From: an uncultured virus (IMG/VR IMGVR_UViG_3300000227_000004)
Taxonomy: Duplodnaviria > Heunggongvirae > Uroviricota > Caudoviricetes
Direction: 5' to 3' (one strand)
Length of the DNA stretch: 64,000 nt
IMG/VR virus record: IMGVR_UViG_3300000227_000004
Location: 1-64,000 of that record
Part shown: positions 8,101 to 16,999 of the stretch, in pieces
Numbering within the stretch: the stretch's first letter is position 1
Layout: each line of letters opens with the position of its first letter
Notes under the pieces: generated by a model
What the model saw: the letters and a program-made list of their open reading frames with translations, nothing else
Told to the model about the DNA's origin: nothing
Databases searched by the model: none
Translations under genes and position numbers: made by a program

Positions 8101-11100
8101 CAGATAAATTATTTTCTTTAATGCAGGCGGCTGGTATTAACGTAAAAAAAGATGGACAGCAATTGATGCTCATTCCAATGACTGACTCAGAAATTCTGTC
8201 TAAATCTAACGGCGCCATAGATGACGCTCAAGTTATGATGGCCAAGACTTTAAGGCCCATTAAAGACGGGTTGTTCGACGACATTAAAACCGGAGGCATT
8301 GACGGTAAAAAATGGACACACATAGAGCTGGCAGAGCCGGTCGTTTCTCCAATAATGTCTCAAGCCGCTATGACTGTCCTAGACATGACCGGAAAAAAAT
8401 TCGATAGAATTACTTCCGGTAATCTGTACATAAATCCTCAAAGTATGGAAGAATCAGAGTCTGCGGCACCTGGCTTTCTTACCGGTGGTGAGGCCATAAA
8501 GACTTTGCTTTCTAAGGTCGACCCAGCCAAAGCCTTGAGTGATCTGAAGTCCCAGGTTAAGGGCCTGTCCGGCGATAAACTAGACAAAGTAAATAAAAAG
8601 ATGCGCTATCTCAGGGCGTTAGATGAAAATAAATTAAAACCAGACGAAGCGTATATTATAAAAAACATTCCAGTCATGCCCCCACACATGCGGCCAATCT
8701 ACTCGCTACCGGATGGCAGCTTATCCACATCACCAATAAACTTTCTTTATAGAGATCTGATCATGATAAACAAAGAGCTTAAAGCTGCTCAAAATCTGCC
8801 TGAGTTCGCCCGGAAGAAACTAAGAGAAGACTTGTACTTAGCTACTAAGGCTGTCCAGGGACTCGGAGACCCGGTAATTACTCGTGGTGAGAAGAAAGTC
8901 GTCGGCGCGTTGGAGACTATTAAGGGCGATCAGCCCAAGGAAGGGTATTTCCAATCTGTCGTCTTTTCTAAGAATCAAGAACTATCTGGTCAATCGACTG
9001 TCGCACCGTCAGCGGACGTTTCTCCCGACGAAGTACTGATGCCTAAGGCTATGGCGTGGAACATGTTCGAGCCATTTATTCATAATGAGCTTATAAAAAT
9101 GGGATACTCAAATATACAGGCCAAGCAACTGGTTGCTGCCCGTGATCCTAAAGCCGAGATAGCAATGGAGCGAGTGGCGGAGAATAAACTAGTCTGGGTG
9201 AACAGAGCGCCGAGTTTGCATAAGCTTAGTATACTGGCTATGCGCCCCAAGCTTTACAACGGAAGCGCCGTTAAAGTTAATCCATTAGTCGTTGGCGGAT
9301 ATAACATGGATTTCGATGGAGATACCGTAGGTCTGTATGTTCCGGTGAGCCCTGCCGCTGTAGAAGAAGCCAAACGCTTTATGCCATCTAAAATCTTGGA
9401 TGATCCTAGAGATTATTCAGTTACACTAAAACCGACTCTGGACATTCAACTGGGTCTTTTTACTTTATCTAATAAAGGTCAGAAGAAGCTCGACAAAAAA
9501 TATGCCTCTCTTAAAGAGGCAGAGGCAGACTTTATTAAAAATAACATAAATTTGAACGATGTCGTGCAAATCGGTGGATATGAAACTACTCTTGGCAGAG
9601 AGAAGCTAAAGTCAGTTATTCCAGAAGGGATACCTATTCCGGATAACGGCATAGATAAGTCTTATTTAGATAAATTCCTCCGAGATGTTGCAACAAAAGA
9701 TCCTGCAAATGTAAACAGACGTTTCGCAGACATAACTAAGTTATCTACCGAGAATAATTTATATTCAGGTGTTGGCTTGACCCTGAAAGACTTAGCCACC
9801 CAGACTGAGATTATGGCGCCTTTTAAGAAGCGCCTGAAAGAGCAGGTCAGTCAGGCTAAATCTAGTGCCGAACGCGTAGACGCTATCTCTAGCGTTATTA
9901 AAGATTTCAATAGCGTAGGAAAAGTCTGGACTAAGGATAACGTCTGGAAAAATAATCTGGCTACAATGCTGGCAGCCGCAGGAAAGCCTGGGATGGACAG
10001 TGTCAGGCAGCTTATTTTTTCCCCTATGGCAGTTACAGACGAAGAAGGTAAGACTATCCCAATCCCGATTATCAGAAATTACTCTGAAGGCGTTACTGCC
10101 TCCGACTATTGGATATCTTCTTCAGGTGCTAGAAAAGGTATGATTGATAGAGCGCTGCAAACTGCTGAGCCCGGATACTTTGCCAAGCAAATGATATCTG
10201 TTGCCGTAGACCAAGTAGTCTCTATGCCAGATTGTGGCACTAAAAATGGGATAGAGCTGGATCTGCTAAGAGATAAACGAGACATACTCTGGCGATATAA
10301 CTTAAAAGGCGAGCTGATCGATAACGCTGCTTATGAAAATTTACTAAGAACCGGGCAGACTAAAGTTAAAGTCAGATCTCCGATAACTTGTGAGGCGGCT
10401 GACGGCGTCTGTCAGAAGTGCTATGGCAGTAAACCCAACGGTAACCCAGTTGAGATCGGAGCGAATGTAGGCACTGAAGCCGGTCAGGTGGCTACTGAGC
10501 GAACGACACAGCTCACAATGAAGACTTTTCATACTGGCTCTGTCGCTACTTCAGGGCCCAGTCTGGCTTCTGGGTTTGAGCGTGTTCAGCAGTTGTCACA
10601 CTTCCCAGACTTTATTAAAGATAGGGCTACTTTGGCCAAGGTTGATGGAACCGTGACCGACATAAAACCTAACCCGGCCGGAGGCTTGAATATTTATATT
10701 GGTGATGAAAAGCACTTCTGTCCGGTATCGCACACCAGCCTTAAAGTTGGAGATAAAGTTACTAAGGGCCAGGCGTTGACTGAAGGAGTTATCAAGCCTC
10801 AAGAGCTCCTGGCTACTAAAGGAATACGGGCTGCACAGGATTACCTCATAGACGAAATGCAGAAAGCTTTCCAAGATCAGGGTGTTGGGCTTAACCGCAG
10901 ATCGTTTGAGACCGTCATGCGAGCAACTACTAACGTGACTAAAATAACAGACCCTGGGGAAAGCGAATTTTTGCCTGGAGATAAAGTTCAGTTGACAAAA
11001 GTCCTGGCATATAATAAACTACACCCAGAAGCACCGATAAAGCACGAACCTGAGTTGCTAGGCCTGGACTTTTCCAGCAAAGTAACTGATGACTGGCTGG

Positions 11101-11243
11101 CTAAGTTAAACACGAATAGAATTCAGTCGGTGCTTCAGGACGCAGTGGCTTCGGGGGGCAAGTCCTACACACACTCTTATAACCCTGTAGCTCCGTATGT
11201 AATTGGCTCTGAGTTTGGTAAAGGTGACAGCGGTAAATATTAA
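5148..11243 (+). CDS. rpoBC: Phage multisubunit-type DNA-directed RNA polymerase, fused beta-beta' (ORF track start 5133; ATG 5148 preferred)
   Basis: Beta motifs GNRAMMANKMSGQA, FEDGIVISE, GDKLVGRYGNKGVI, YIYKLTH; beta' motifs IPVMPPHMRP, NRAPSLH, YNMDFDGD (9303-9323), GARKG..D.ALQTA.PGY, CEAADGVCQKCYG, TQLTMKTFHTG, all in one uninterrupted frame. Confidence 0.97.
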   Translation: MYQNSLERMAAIKSKVETAIKDSIFPVETNDRILDIESIDKLTASQMYDQSFNIKNHLDAKLKSKDLVSPIKATLVLRDKNTGDIIDRRKVSLIDQPVMTNRGSFIYGGNDYHVVNQLRLKPGVYTRVKDNGEVESFFNLSKGGSSGMSMWMNPESGKINFKIGGKNPSLYSIMKALGVSDKEIESKWGKDLFELNKLNEVQLEKDISKVYHSLYKSKADAGLDLDGMKREIKAFFDNTELAPETTKITLGREFDKITADALLRTSDKLIKVSKNEEEPDERDSLVFKNIMPVEELLGARINAKSREVKAKIKNNLNTKDTISDIYSKEYLNKPIRSFLTQSSLSTTSDQTNPVSMVNALTRTTLMGEGGISSLDIVTTGMRAVSNSHLGALDPSQTPESKRIGINLNLTKDALIEDKEIKTPVLNLKTGKTEYLSNLDRYEKYVAFPDQYDSKTKKFNFDTARVLYKGKIEQVPHSKVDYAIEDPSSMLSVASNIIPFFADVQGNRAMMANKMSGQAISLKNREAPLVQVKNLRGDVDYDGTKLDTEEKALARVFSVKSPVDGQVLSVRDDYAEIKSDADGEIFKVYRYDYFPLANKAFMHSDFIIKPGDKVKYGQTIAEDNFTKDKTLALGTNLNIAYLPFKDKTFEDGIVISESAAKKLTSQHLYTYKTSYGDDDKLGVSTYMQQFPSSMTSAQQAKLDANGVIKQGEIVEPGDTLVALLHYREPSESDIALGRLSKTLITKYIDGGVKYDHDTVGKVVRVTHSNGEIGVYVSTETPAVDGDKLVGRYGNKGVITGILPDEEMPVSETGIRSDLLMAPYGVPGRINVGQIYEPIAGKAALKKGSPIKITNFDTNIKSNKAIEALANEYGVKPSEKMYDPKTGRLLAETTVGPAYIYKLTHTVEKKQASRGPYAAYNSDEQPAKTGSTSARAMDRLTWNAMIAHGARENLREAATYKANKNSELWNKIRLGLPLPAPQTPFATDKLFSLMQAAGINVKKDGQQLMLIPMTDSEILSKSNGAIDDAQVMMAKTLRPIKDGLFDDIKTGGIDGKKWTHIELAEPVVSPIMSQAAMTVLDMTGKKFDRITSGNLYINPQSMEESESAAPGFLTGGEAIKTLLSKVDPAKALSDLKSQVKGLSGDKLDKVNKKMRYLRALDENKLKPDEAYIIKNIPVMPPHMRPIYSLPDGSLSTSPINFLYRDLIMINKELKAAQNLPEFARKKLREDLYLATKAVQGLGDPVITRGEKKVVGALETIKGDQPKEGYFQSVVFSKNQELSGQSTVAPSADVSPDEVLMPKAMAWNMFEPFIHNELIKMGYSNIQAKQLVAARDPKAEIAMERVAENKLVWVNRAPSLHKLSILAMRPKLYNGSAVKVNPLVVGGYNMDFDGDTVGLYVPVSPAAVEEAKRFMPSKILDDPRDYSVTLKPTLDIQLGLFTLSNKGQKKLDKKYASLKEAEADFIKNNINLNDVVQIGGYETTLGREKLKSVIPEGIPIPDNGIDKSYLDKFLRDVATKDPANVNRRFADITKLSTENNLYSGVGLTLKDLATQTEIMAPFKKRLKEQVSQAKSSAERVDAISSVIKDFNSVGKVWTKDNVWKNNLATMLAAAGKPGMDSVRQLIFSPMAVTDEEGKTIPIPIIRNYSEGVTASDYWISSSGARKGMIDRALQTAEPGYFAKQMISVAVDQVVSMPDCGTKNGIELDLLRDKRDILWRYNLKGELIDNAAYENLLRTGQTKVKVRSPITCEAADGVCQKCYGSKPNGNPVEIGANVGTEAGQVATERTTQLTMKTFHTGSVATSGPSLASGFERVQQLSHFPDFIKDRATLAKVDGTVTDIKPNPAGGLNIYIGDEKHFCPVSHTSLKVGDKVTKGQALTEGVIKPQELLATKGIRAAQDYLIDEMQKAFQDQGVGLNRRSFETVMRATTNVTKITDPGESEFLPGDKVQLTKVLAYNKLHPEAPIKHEPELLGLDFSSKVTDDWLAKLNTNRIQSVLQDAVASGGKSYTHSYNPVAPYVIGSEFGKGDSGKY

Positions 11244-11260
11244 AAAGCAGGAGAGAAAGA

Positions 11261-11581
11261 ATGAAAATCGGAGATGTAATCGATCTAGGTAACTTAACGT
11301 CCGTTGACAGGGCTAGTACTAAAGTGTTGGGACTGGCCGACGGTAGCCGAGTAATTGGCCAGGTACTTGATGAGAATGCAGATGTGCTCGAAGTTACGGA
11401 ACCTTTCCGAATTATGGTGAGACCTATCTCAGACGAAGAACTCTCGTTAGAGATACTCCCGTTTGTTTTCGGCGGAGCAGACAGGAAGATTAATCTTAAG
11501 CAGAGTGCAGTTCTGTACACGTATCTGCCTGATGAAAAAGTTTTAGGAGCATACGCTCAGCACGCATCTAGAAGAAAATAA
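11261..11581 (+). CDS. Small hypothetical protein, possible Sm-like fold
   Basis: SD AGGAG; VLGLADGSRVIG...LEVTEP...LPF pattern resembles small phage Sm-like proteins. Confidence 0.55.
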   Translation: MKIGDVIDLGNLTSVDRASTKVLGLADGSRVIGQVLDENADVLEVTEPFRIMVRPISDEELSLEILPFVFGGADRKINLKQSAVLYTYLPDEKVLGAYAQHASRRK

Positions 11582-11666
11582 TTAATGCTAATGTATTGAT
11601 TTTTACATCCCGCCTGGTTTATAACTATAAGTTAGGTGGGTTTATTTTTCTTTTGGAGAGTTTACT

Positions 11667-11966
11667 ATGCTGCGAGATGAGATATCGGCTGTAAAAGAAC
11701 TTTTATTGGGACAAAATTTTTTAGAGATTCAATGCCCTGGGTACATTTATTTTTTTAATTTAGATAATTGTAAACAGATCCCATCAGCGGTATCTGTTTC
11801 TAGGGGTGAGTACCCAAGCTTGAATTTTTCAGTGTCAGAATCCGGAGACATCTCCTCGCTTTCTATATTTGGAAAAGTCTACACGATAAGATCCCCTGGT
11901 CACTTAAATAAAACATCAGCCAAAGAGATAGCTGTTAAGTTTTTAAATAACGGAGGCATCATATGA
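11667..11966 (+). CDS. Hypothetical protein
   Basis: SD GGAG; stop overlaps ligase start; TTGATT-N18-TATAAC upstream (11596-11625). Confidence 0.65.
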   Translation: MLRDEISAVKELLLGQNFLEIQCPGYIYFFNLDNCKQIPSAVSVSRGEYPSLNFSVSESGDISSLSIFGKVYTIRSPGHLNKTSAKEIAVKFLNNGGII

Positions 11967-13273
11967 ATGACTTGTCTCTGAGGAAAAATCAAATCTTAGA
12001 GGGATATACAGCGATAAAGCCTGACGATTTTAAAGTAACAAAAATGACTGTACAAGAGCACACTGCCGACAAGGCAGGGCTGCATTATGATATACGGTTG
12101 GACTTAGATGGGAAAGCAATTTCTTTCGCTTCTAGAAAAGGCTTCCCAGACACTCCAGGCAAACCCAGGCTTTTAATTCGACAACCAGATCATCAGACAA
12201 GTTACATGAATTGGGAAGGGACTATCCCATCAGGGGAGTACGGAGCCGGCGCCGTAAAAGTCTTTGATAGCCAAGATGTAGTTGTAAGCTCTGAGGAAAA
12301 TAAGATAAGATTATTAGTCCCAAAAGGCCCTAATGCTGGAAATTACACTCTAGTAAATACTAAAGACAAAGATTGGCTCTTAGTTAAAAATAAAGAGTTG
12401 GACAGATACTGGGATGAGCGGCCCGATTATAAAAAAGTCAAACTAGACTTAGAAAGCATACCTAAAGACAACTTTCTAGTTTCCAGAAAGTATGATGGGG
12501 CACATTTTATTGCAAAGCTAACTGATAAAGGCATATCTTTAACTTCTCAAAATAAGTCTATCTCCGGAGAAAATATTGCCAGGGAAGATAACTATCCGCA
12601 CATAAAGTACACTAAAGTTCCGAAAGAGTTTGTGGGCGCTGTGATTCGGGGTGAGTTACACCACCCAAAGGGATTCAATACACTGTCTGCGATGACACTG
12701 GCAAGCCCGGACAAGTCTTGGAAGATGCAGGAAGCCCTTGGAAAGGCAGAGTTTATTCCGTTTGAGTTACAGGAGTTCCAGGGCAAGAAATTTTCAGATT
12801 ATTCTCCGGAAGAGCGAGCTAAGTTAGTAGACTCAATCGCAGATGCGTTGCCAAATACGTATATAAAACCTCCAGAAAGAAAACGTCCCGGCGAATCTGT
12901 CCGAGACTTTTTTAATAGGGTTGTTGCTGCCGGCGGTGAGGGTATCGTCCTCCAAGATAGAGTCACTGGTGAGTTTTACAAAAAGAAAAACAGGTTAGAT
13001 TTTGACCTGCGCATAAAAGACATAACTGAGGGGACTGGAAGACTGTCTGGCAGTGCCGGGGCGTTAGTTCTGGAAGATAGGTCCGGCACGGAAGTTGGAA
13101 ATGTCGGGACCGGCTTCTCAGACGAAATGAGAAAAGACTTATTTAAAAATAAGAGTTCTTACATTGGCAAACTAGTAAAGATAAAGTCAGATGCGCCGCT
13201 AAAGGCTAAATCTATACGAGGTCCTTCTTTTGTTGGGTTTAGTGTAGACAAAAGTATTCCGGATCTTCTTTAG
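11963..13273 (+). CDS. ATP-dependent DNA ligase with N-terminal LigD-type 3'-phosphoesterase domain
   Basis: PE motifs VQEH...LHYDIRL, DH...YMNWEGTIPSGEYGAG; ligase motifs KYDG, GEL, EGIVL and OB-fold VGTGFSDE. Confidence 0.9.
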   Translation: MNDLSLRKNQILEGYTAIKPDDFKVTKMTVQEHTADKAGLHYDIRLDLDGKAISFASRKGFPDTPGKPRLLIRQPDHQTSYMNWEGTIPSGEYGAGAVKVFDSQDVVVSSEENKIRLLVPKGPNAGNYTLVNTKDKDWLLVKNKELDRYWDERPDYKKVKLDLESIPKDNFLVSRKYDGAHFIAKLTDKGISLTSQNKSISGENIAREDNYPHIKYTKVPKEFVGAVIRGELHHPKGFNTLSAMTLASPDKSWKMQEALGKAEFIPFELQEFQGKKFSDYSPEERAKLVDSIADALPNTYIKPPERKRPGESVRDFFNRVVAAGGEGIVLQDRVTGEFYKKKNRLDFDLRIKDITEGTGRLSGSAGALVLEDRSGTEVGNVGTGFSDEMRKDLFKNKSSYIGKLVKIKSDAPLKAKSIRGPSFVGFSVDKSIPDLL

Positions 13274-13286
13274 GAGATATTAAAAG

Positions 13287-13538
13287 TTGAAATCATTTAA
13301 AAAAGATTTACCAAATGGCGGCAAGCTGAAATCTGTCCTTACGGTTAAGAAAAAAGGAGAGCTTCTTCGAACTTTTAAGCAAGACACGATTGCAATAATA
13401 AATATTATATCGGCACAGCCGGATAAGACACCTGCGGAAAAAATCGCGTTGATAGAGTCTGTGTTAGTACTATCTGAGATAATAGACTTAGAACAGGAGC
13501 GCGTTAGATATGAATTGCTCATGCCAGAAGCTTTCTAA
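13287..13538 (+). CDS. Hypothetical protein
   Basis: 83-aa ORF filling the ligase-sigma gap; start uncertain. Confidence 0.5.
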   Translation: MKSFKKDLPNGGKLKSVLTVKKKGELLRTFKQDTIAIINIISAQPDKTPAEKIALIESVLVLSEIIDLEQERVRYELLMPEAF

Positions 13539-14319
13539 GTTATTAAACTCAGACTCAGTAGATACAAACACGTTTCTTTGCCTGAACAAAGATAAAATAC
13601 TAAATAATCCAACTTTGATGTCTTCGCTGTTCAATCAGTATAAAAATTATTTGTACAAATCTGCTAGAAAAGTTGCCAACAGATATCCCAGCATCGAACT
13701 AGAAGAACTGGTAAGTGAGGGGTTTGAGGGCCTTTTGAAGGCTTTGGAGAAGTATGATTGTAACGAGTCTAGTTTCCTGACTTACGCCCAGCATTGGGTC
13801 CGTATGAAGATGTTTAGTGCCGCCAGGAGGAGTATAGGGATAATGGCCTTGCCGGGCAGCATGTATCCATTGATAAGTAAAGTTAAGCAGTTTCTGGATA
13901 AGAGGCCATCAGCTTCTTATCGGGAGTTGGCAGCGGCGTTAGGTGAGAGTGAGGGGCGGGTAGCTGCTGTTTTAGAAATTATAAAAAGCCCTAAGACTGG
14001 CGGTGTGTTTAGTATTGAAGACTTTATTACCTATGAGGACGGGCTAGGCAGTGTAAATTTTAATGCGCTTGAAGATGATTTGGAAGGGAAGGATTTTCGG
14101 AAACGATTCTGGCGTATAGTAGACAGCACAGTCACTCCTAAAGAATGCTTTGTTTTAGGCCTACTATTTGGTCGAGGCGGGGACATGCGTCGTTCGTTAG
14201 AATGGGTGGCAAAAGTACTCCTAGTTTCCAAAGAGAGAATTAGGCAAATAAAAGAAACGGCGTTTACTAAGCTCAGGAAAAATCAAGAGATTATAGCTTT
14301 GATAGAAAGAGAACTTTAA
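13510..14319 (+). CDS. RNA polymerase sigma70-family factor (regions 2, 3, 4)
   Basis: ELVSEGFEGLLKALEKYD, FLTYAQHWVR (region 2), RELAAALG (region 3), VSKERIRQIKETAFTKLR (region 4.2). Confidence 0.9.
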   Translation: MNCSCQKLSKLLNSDSVDTNTFLCLNKDKILNNPTLMSSLFNQYKNYLYKSARKVANRYPSIELEELVSEGFEGLLKALEKYDCNESSFLTYAQHWVRMKMFSAARRSIGIMALPGSMYPLISKVKQFLDKRPSASYRELAAALGESEGRVAAVLEIIKSPKTGGVFSIEDFITYEDGLGSVNFNALEDDLEGKDFRKRFWRIVDSTVTPKECFVLGLLFGRGGDMRRSLEWVAKVLLVSKERIRQIKETAFTKLRKNQEIIALIEREL

Positions 14320-14322
14320 TTT

Positions 14323-15261
14323 ATGTGGCTCGACGGCTTTAACAAAAATTTAGTTGGGGATTCTGACTCTAGTCCTGGCCGTGTTTACTTAGGTAGGATC
14401 ATAGCCGTAGACACTCTTAAATATACTGCCAAAGTTTCTTTTGGGGACGGGAGACTGGCTGATGACGTAGGTTGGTTGTCTGCGTATCAATTTTTAAATG
14501 GCAATGGACTTTACGTAATGCCGCAGCCAGGATCAAAAGTAGTTATGTTAGAGCATGTGCCTGGTGCTTTTATTATAATAGGATTCTATCCAGCTAAGAA
14601 CACCGAGACTAATGACAGGACTGGCTCCCGCAGGCGATTAAATTTAGGAGACATTTGCATCCAAGGTAAAGATGACTGTTTTATTTTACTAAAGCAGGCA
14701 AGTAATTATATCATTGCGAAGACTAGCCCCGGGTGCTACGTTGAGCTAGTTAACGGCTCTGGCATAAATACTATCAATGTCTTTGTTCAACGGGCTATAT
14801 TTAGAGCCGACGGTGGTCTGATGACTTGGGACTCTAATGAAAAGACACACGAGACGACCTTTAACTGGATCTTTGTTGATAAATCTTTGCCGAATCATAA
14901 TTTAGCACAAGTTACTATCGGTTTCCATGCAACTGAAGACCCAGACGCACAGGCAGCCTTGATTGACAAATCTGTTTTTTCACTTATAGTGAAAGAGGTA
15001 GTGTCGGACCAGGATGGACAAGTCCAGTCAGATATTACTAAATTTAAGTTTATTGTAGGTGCGAATGGTCGGATAGTGTGTAGTGCAGAATCTATTAAAG
15101 AGATATACCGAGACTTTATCGATAGATACGCGGACACTTTCATTAAAGATATTGCTAAGGCGTATATCAGTAGAGAAAGCTTGGAATCAGACATAATAGA
15201 CACAGCTAAAGAAATAGCGTATACTACGGCAAAGACCATTCATCATAATAAAGGGAGCTGA
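14323..15261 (+). CDS. Baseplate spike protein (gpV/gp5 OB-fold-like)
   Basis: GRIIAVD...AKV...YVMPQPGSKVVM...IIG N-terminal pattern followed by beta-rich repeats. Confidence 0.6.
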   Translation: MWLDGFNKNLVGDSDSSPGRVYLGRIIAVDTLKYTAKVSFGDGRLADDVGWLSAYQFLNGNGLYVMPQPGSKVVMLEHVPGAFIIIGFYPAKNTETNDRTGSRRRLNLGDICIQGKDDCFILLKQASNYIIAKTSPGCYVELVNGSGINTINVFVQRAIFRADGGLMTWDSNEKTHETTFNWIFVDKSLPNHNLAQVTIGFHATEDPDAQAALIDKSVFSLIVKEVVSDQDGQVQSDITKFKFIVGANGRIVCSAESIKEIYRDFIDRYADTFIKDIAKAYISRESLESDIIDTAKEIAYTTAKTIHHNKGS

Positions 15262-15265
15262 GATT

Positions 15266-16990
15266 ATGCCAAATATCAACACGATACTGTCTATGCTAAG
15301 CCCGGCGGCTAGGGGGCAGTTTGCTGCGGCATCTGCTAACCCGGCTCTGCAGCAGCAATTAGAAAAAGAGCTCAACAGACTGATGCAAACTAAAGCAACA
15401 TCTTTTGCAGCCAGTCTGGATCCCCGTGTAAACAAAGATGCGTTGTCTGCATTAAGTAACCTAATTGGTCGAGGTGCTGCTACTGGGGGTCTCGTAGGTG
15501 GCCTTGGCGGCGGTGCTTTGGGTTTTCTGGCAACTCCCGGAACTGAAGAAGAAAATTTACTCGGTGGGCGAAAGTATCGTGCAGCTTCACTGGGTGACAG
15601 ACTCAGCAACGCACTGTTATTCGCCGGTCTCGGTGCTGGTATTGGCACTGGGGTCGGTGCATATAACCTGAGAAATCTTGCTAAAGATCTCGCCGCTAAA
15701 GGGCAGGCGCCATCAGCTGCTTCAGCTGAGCACTTTATACAGGGCGCCGGTCTTGTCCCTGAATTTGAAAACGCAGTTAAGCAGTTTGCTGGCGGTAAGA
15801 TAAAGTCAGTAAATCCTACGTCTGTTTTTCCTACAGTAGATGCCTTCGCTGATTACTTAGTTATTCGAAGGGATCAACTGTTAAAAAATATTCAGGCCAA
15901 AGGAGGCCTTAATGCTTTTCTAAGTCACCCAGACCCCAATGATATTATGGTTGCTCACGCCCTTTCAAATGCTACTGGCATTCCAATAAAAGACATTATC
16001 TCAAATCCTTCTATCGAAGGGGCGATAAGAGCAGCAGCTCCTATAACATACAGCAATCCTGCCATAAATGATAGAGTCTTTAAGGGCATGAGAGACATAA
16101 TAGAAAGCGGGCTAGGTGGGCACCTTAAGAGCAGGGCTGGTCTAGAATTTGGTGATGATCTTGCAATGAGTGTGTCCGGAGGAATGGGGGGTGCTGCAGT
16201 CGGTGCCCTAACAGGTGCCATAACGGGCGCTGCACTTGGTGGGACATCTAGTGCTGGTCTTGCTGCTATACCTGGGGCCGTTGTTGGCGCTGGATTAGGG
16301 ATGGTGGCCCCATCCAGATTAAATCAGCTTAAGAATATGCTTACTGGACGAAGGCACGGCCAGGCTGATGCTGCTCTAGAAAGAATAATGAAGGGGAATC
16401 CTCAGTTTGAGATAACTGGGGGGAAACCTGACGCCAAAGCGGTAGGCGAGTATATGAATGCCGTTAGAAACTCAAAAAATCCAGTGTTTCGTACTCATAA
16501 CTTAACCAATGAAGGATTTGAAGCAGGTATGCGAGAACTAGCCTCGCCGCTTGGAATGAGATACTCAGATATGCCAGCGGCGATAGGCCTAGGTGCTGGA
16601 GTTGGTGCCGCAGGTCTGGGTGCTGGGGCTCTTGGTGGAGCATACTTACTTAGCGGAAGGGGTGGTAGCTCAGCCCCAGGTATGTCAGCTCCAATAAAAT
16701 CTAATAAAGAGGAGAAGCAGCGGCAGGAGAAAGATGAGCCAGCAGCACGCGGCCATTTACCTCCACCCGCAATCCCAGGGGATGAACGTTCTCAGCGGCG
16801 ACGCCCAGATCTTCAATTTCCGCAGCCAAATGCCTCCATCTTTACAGATGAGTACATTCCCCTGAATAGAGCCTTCATCGGCTACCCACAGTACCCTTCT
16901 GGTTTCCCAGGGCTGACTAAGTTAAACTCAGCAAAGCCCCGGAGAAAATATTCTATGGATATGGTTAAATTTGTAAAGAGCATGCAATAG
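15266..16990 (+). CDS. Gly-zipper-rich probable virion protein
   Basis: Several long GA/GL-rich hydrophobic segments; Pro-rich C-terminus. Confidence 0.7.
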   Translation: MPNINTILSMLSPAARGQFAAASANPALQQQLEKELNRLMQTKATSFAASLDPRVNKDALSALSNLIGRGAATGGLVGGLGGGALGFLATPGTEEENLLGGRKYRAASLGDRLSNALLFAGLGAGIGTGVGAYNLRNLAKDLAAKGQAPSAASAEHFIQGAGLVPEFENAVKQFAGGKIKSVNPTSVFPTVDAFADYLVIRRDQLLKNIQAKGGLNAFLSHPDPNDIMVAHALSNATGIPIKDIISNPSIEGAIRAAAPITYSNPAINDRVFKGMRDIIESGLGGHLKSRAGLEFGDDLAMSVSGGMGGAAVGALTGAITGAALGGTSSAGLAAIPGAVVGAGLGMVAPSRLNQLKNMLTGRRHGQADAALERIMKGNPQFEITGGKPDAKAVGEYMNAVRNSKNPVFRTHNLTNEGFEAGMRELASPLGMRYSDMPAAIGLGAGVGAAGLGAGALGGAYLLSGRGGSSAPGMSAPIKSNKEEKQRQEKDEPAARGHLPPPAIPGDERSQRRRPDLQFPQPNASIFTDEYIPLNRAFIGYPQYPSGFPGLTKLNSAKPRRKYSMDMVKFVKSMQ

Positions 16991-16999
16991 GGGGCAACT

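Noticed and set aside
5148..11243. Host chromosomal rpoB/rpoC
   Set aside because: No ribosomal-protein context, strongly reduced and divergent sequence, flanked by phage structural genes.
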